From Tubiluchus corallicola (Eukaryota > Animalia > Priapulida), in the NCBI GenBank assembly GCA_030141605.1, contig JAQGDQ010001122.1, positions 1 to 61,069 on the forward strand: DNA of 61,069 nucleotides, read 5' to 3'. Positions 1 to 61,069 of the stretch are shown here, one piece after another; the first letter of the stretch is position 1; the number at the start of each line of letters is the position of its first letter. The position numbers were made by a program, and so were the translations under genes. Below the pieces are notes generated by a model. The model had not been told where the DNA came from. It worked only from the letters and a program-made list of their open reading frames with translations, and did not search any database.

Positions 1-2000
1 TTAATTATTTAAAATGCTTTCAGCAATTGGTAAAATTTTGTTGGCTCACCCTTCGGGGTGCGCCACTCACTAACCAAAAAACGTATTTTTAATCTTATTG
101 ACAAGATACAGTAATTGTAAATTTTACTTAGTTAGTTATGTGTGTGCTACGAATGCTCTAATTATTTTTTCAAACTTTACTTAGTGTTATCTAAACATGT
201 TTCAAATAAATTATCGGGAGTTTAAATTTACATGTTTTACACAGCACTACTGCCGACTCAAGACTTGTATGCAAAAAGGCAGTATGTAAGTTATATATAA
301 TTTTAAGATAATTTTTTTAGCTTTATGTAAGTGGAGGATTTTCTTGTGCTTTAACATACATATAGTATGTGCTATGAATATAGAAAGTAAGTACTCACAG
401 CTGGTTTTATGGCTGTCAGTTACATTGGTTACATAACTGGCTAGTAGAGCTGTGTAAAACATGGATGTTTAAAGGAAAACCAGCACCAATTTTAAACAAT
501 ACCTTAAAATGATTTTCCCGCTAAAATGGTTCGATTTCAAATACCGTAAGTCTTCGCTTTACGACCTCCCCCTGTTTAGCAACATTTCATTTTAACAACG
601 CTGAACATTTCACACCTTTTCCAGTAAGTCCTCATTTAACGACCCCCCCCCCCGTTTAGCGACATTTCATTTTAAAAATGCTGAACATTTGACACCTTTT
701 CCAGTAAATCCTCGCTTAACGACCGCCCCTTGTTTAGCGACATTTTATTTTAACAACGCTGAACATTTGACACCTTTTCCAGTAAATCCTTGCTTAACAA
801 CCTCCCCCCGTTTAGCAACATTTAATTTTAACAACGCTGAACATTTGACACCATTTCCACTAAGTCCTCGCTTAACGATGCTAATGCGTTCCAGCAAAAA
901 GCGATTTGAGCGAACGTCATTAAATGAAACCAAAACTTCCATAGAAACTAATGTAAAAAAATGGAGTTACATTCCAGTGGCAAAATCGATGCTGCTTAAA
1001 TCATATAAAATAAAAGTTTTATGAGTTTCCTTTTGGGTTCTACTAATTAATTTTTTCTGCTTACTTAAAAGGTGTCAAATGTTCAGCGTTGTTAAAATGA
1101 AATGTCGCTAAATGTAGGGAGGTCGTTAAGCGAGGACTTAGTGGAAATGGTGTCAAATGTTCAGCGTTGTTAAAATTAAATGTTGCTAAACGGGGGGAGG
1201 TTGTTAAGCAAGGATTTACTGGAAAAGGTGTCAAATGTTCAGCGTTGTTAAAATAAAATGTCGCTAAACAAGGGGCGGTCGTTAAGCGAGGATTTACTGG
1301 AAAAGGTGTCAAATGTTCAGCATTTTTAAAATGAAATGTCGCTAAACGGGGGGGGGGGTCGTTAAATGAGGACTTACTGGAAAAGGTGTGAAATGTTCAG
1401 CGTTGTTAAAATGAAATGTTGCTAAACAGGGGGAGGTCGTAAAGCGAAGACTTACGGTATTTGAAATCGAACCATTTTAGCGGGAAAATCATTTTAAGGT
1501 ATTGTTTAAAATTGGTGCTGGTTTTCCTTTAAACATCCATGTTTTACACAGCTCTACTAGCCAGTTATGTAACCAATGTAACTGACAGCCATAAAACCAG
1601 CTGTGAGTACTTACTTTCTATATTCATAGCACATACTATATGTATGTTAAAGCACAAGAAAATCCTCCACTTACATAAAGCTAAAAAAATTATCTTAAAA
1701 TTATATATAACTTACATACTGCCTTTTTGCATACAAGTCTTGAGTCGGCAGTAGTGCTGTGTAAAACATGTAAATTTAAACTCCCGATAATTTATTTGAA
1801 ACATGTTTAGATAACACTAAGTAAAGTTTGAAAAAATAATTAGAGCATTCGTAGCACACACATAACTAACTAAGTAAAATTTACAATTACTGTATCTTGT
1901 CAATAAGATTAAAAATACGTTTTTTGGTTAGTGAGTGGCGCACCCCGAAGGGTGAGCCAACAAAATTTTACCAATTGCTGAAAGCATTTTAAATAATTAA
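1..2000. repeat. Perfect long inverted repeat (arms 1-878 and 1123-2000, 244-bp spacer)
   Basis: Position i is complementary to 2001-i; mirrored identical ORFs 247..462(-) and 1539..1754(+). Confidence 0.97.
544..1457. mobile_element. Tigger/pogo-like MITE (core 858-1143) with tandemly amplified ~78-bp terminal unit
   Basis: Core matches both ends of the 2817-3517 element. TIR-containing unit repeats at 544, 622, 702, 780, 858 and is mirrored on the right. TA on both outer sides. Confidence 0.8.
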
Positions 2001-2304
2001 TAATTTTCTTTTCTAGTTACATAAGTTTTTCAAGCAGGTAAGCGAAATGCTAAGTAACATAACTTTGCATGGAAAATTTTTTGGGATGTAATTTAACATT
2101 TCCTTTCTTCCCGTGATTTATGTTGTGCATGTATAATGTCATGTAATGGCGTTGTCAGAACAGTAATGCGGGAGATTTAAATGAAAATAAACAAAAAATC
2201 CTTACAACATGAGTATGATATACGCATAAAATTGCTATAAAGTAATATAATTTTCTTAAGATGATTTTCTGAGGCTTACTTTAGATACCCCTTTTTCTTG
2301 ACTT
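1651..2304. mobile_element. Kolobok-like MITE family C, copy 1
   Basis: TTAA|AGCACAAGAAAA ... TTTTCTTGACTT|TCAA; clearly homologous over ~650 bp to 37272-37937. Confidence 0.65.
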
Positions 2305-2404
2305 TCAAGATTACATGTAGATGAAATGAGTTGCACATGTGATCACGATACAAGTTTTTAAAGTCCAAAGTGCTGATCTAAAAGTAATTGTGTAAACTCC
2401 TTAC

Positions 2405-61069
<58,665 letters not shown>

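Noticed and set aside
247-1754. Duplicated 71-aa and 83/111-aa genes in the palindrome
   Set aside because: Chance ORFs over MITE sequence mirrored by the inverted repeat.

Overview
AT-rich invertebrate (metazoan) nuclear DNA, not prokaryotic. Almost the whole window is the middle of one giant minus-strand gene. I could chain 39 GT-AG exons (61069 down to 2405, about 7.96 kb CDS, about 2650 aa) with matching splice phases throughout. They encode tandem fibronectin type III domains interrupted by a CC-repeat cysteine-rich block, which is the usherin (USH2A) architecture; neither end of the gene is in the window. The introns carry many MITEs (Tigger/pogo with TA TSD, hAT with 8-bp TSD, Kolobok-like with TTAA TSD), an RTE LINE 3' fragment, a 5S-rRNA-headed SINE with an 11-bp TSD, and many micro/minisatellites, several grown out of transposon ends. 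Most notable: (1) a nested same-strand gene in the largest (~7 kb) intron encoding a secreted, probably GPI-anchored, Cys-rich protein with a CHH/ITP-derived (HAND toxin-like) cysteine frame; (2) a perfect 2-kb palindrome at the window start pivoting on a MITE's terminal inverted repeats; (3) a 5S-derived SINE whose tail resembles that of an RTE LINE in the same window. All calls are by-eye; no searches were run.
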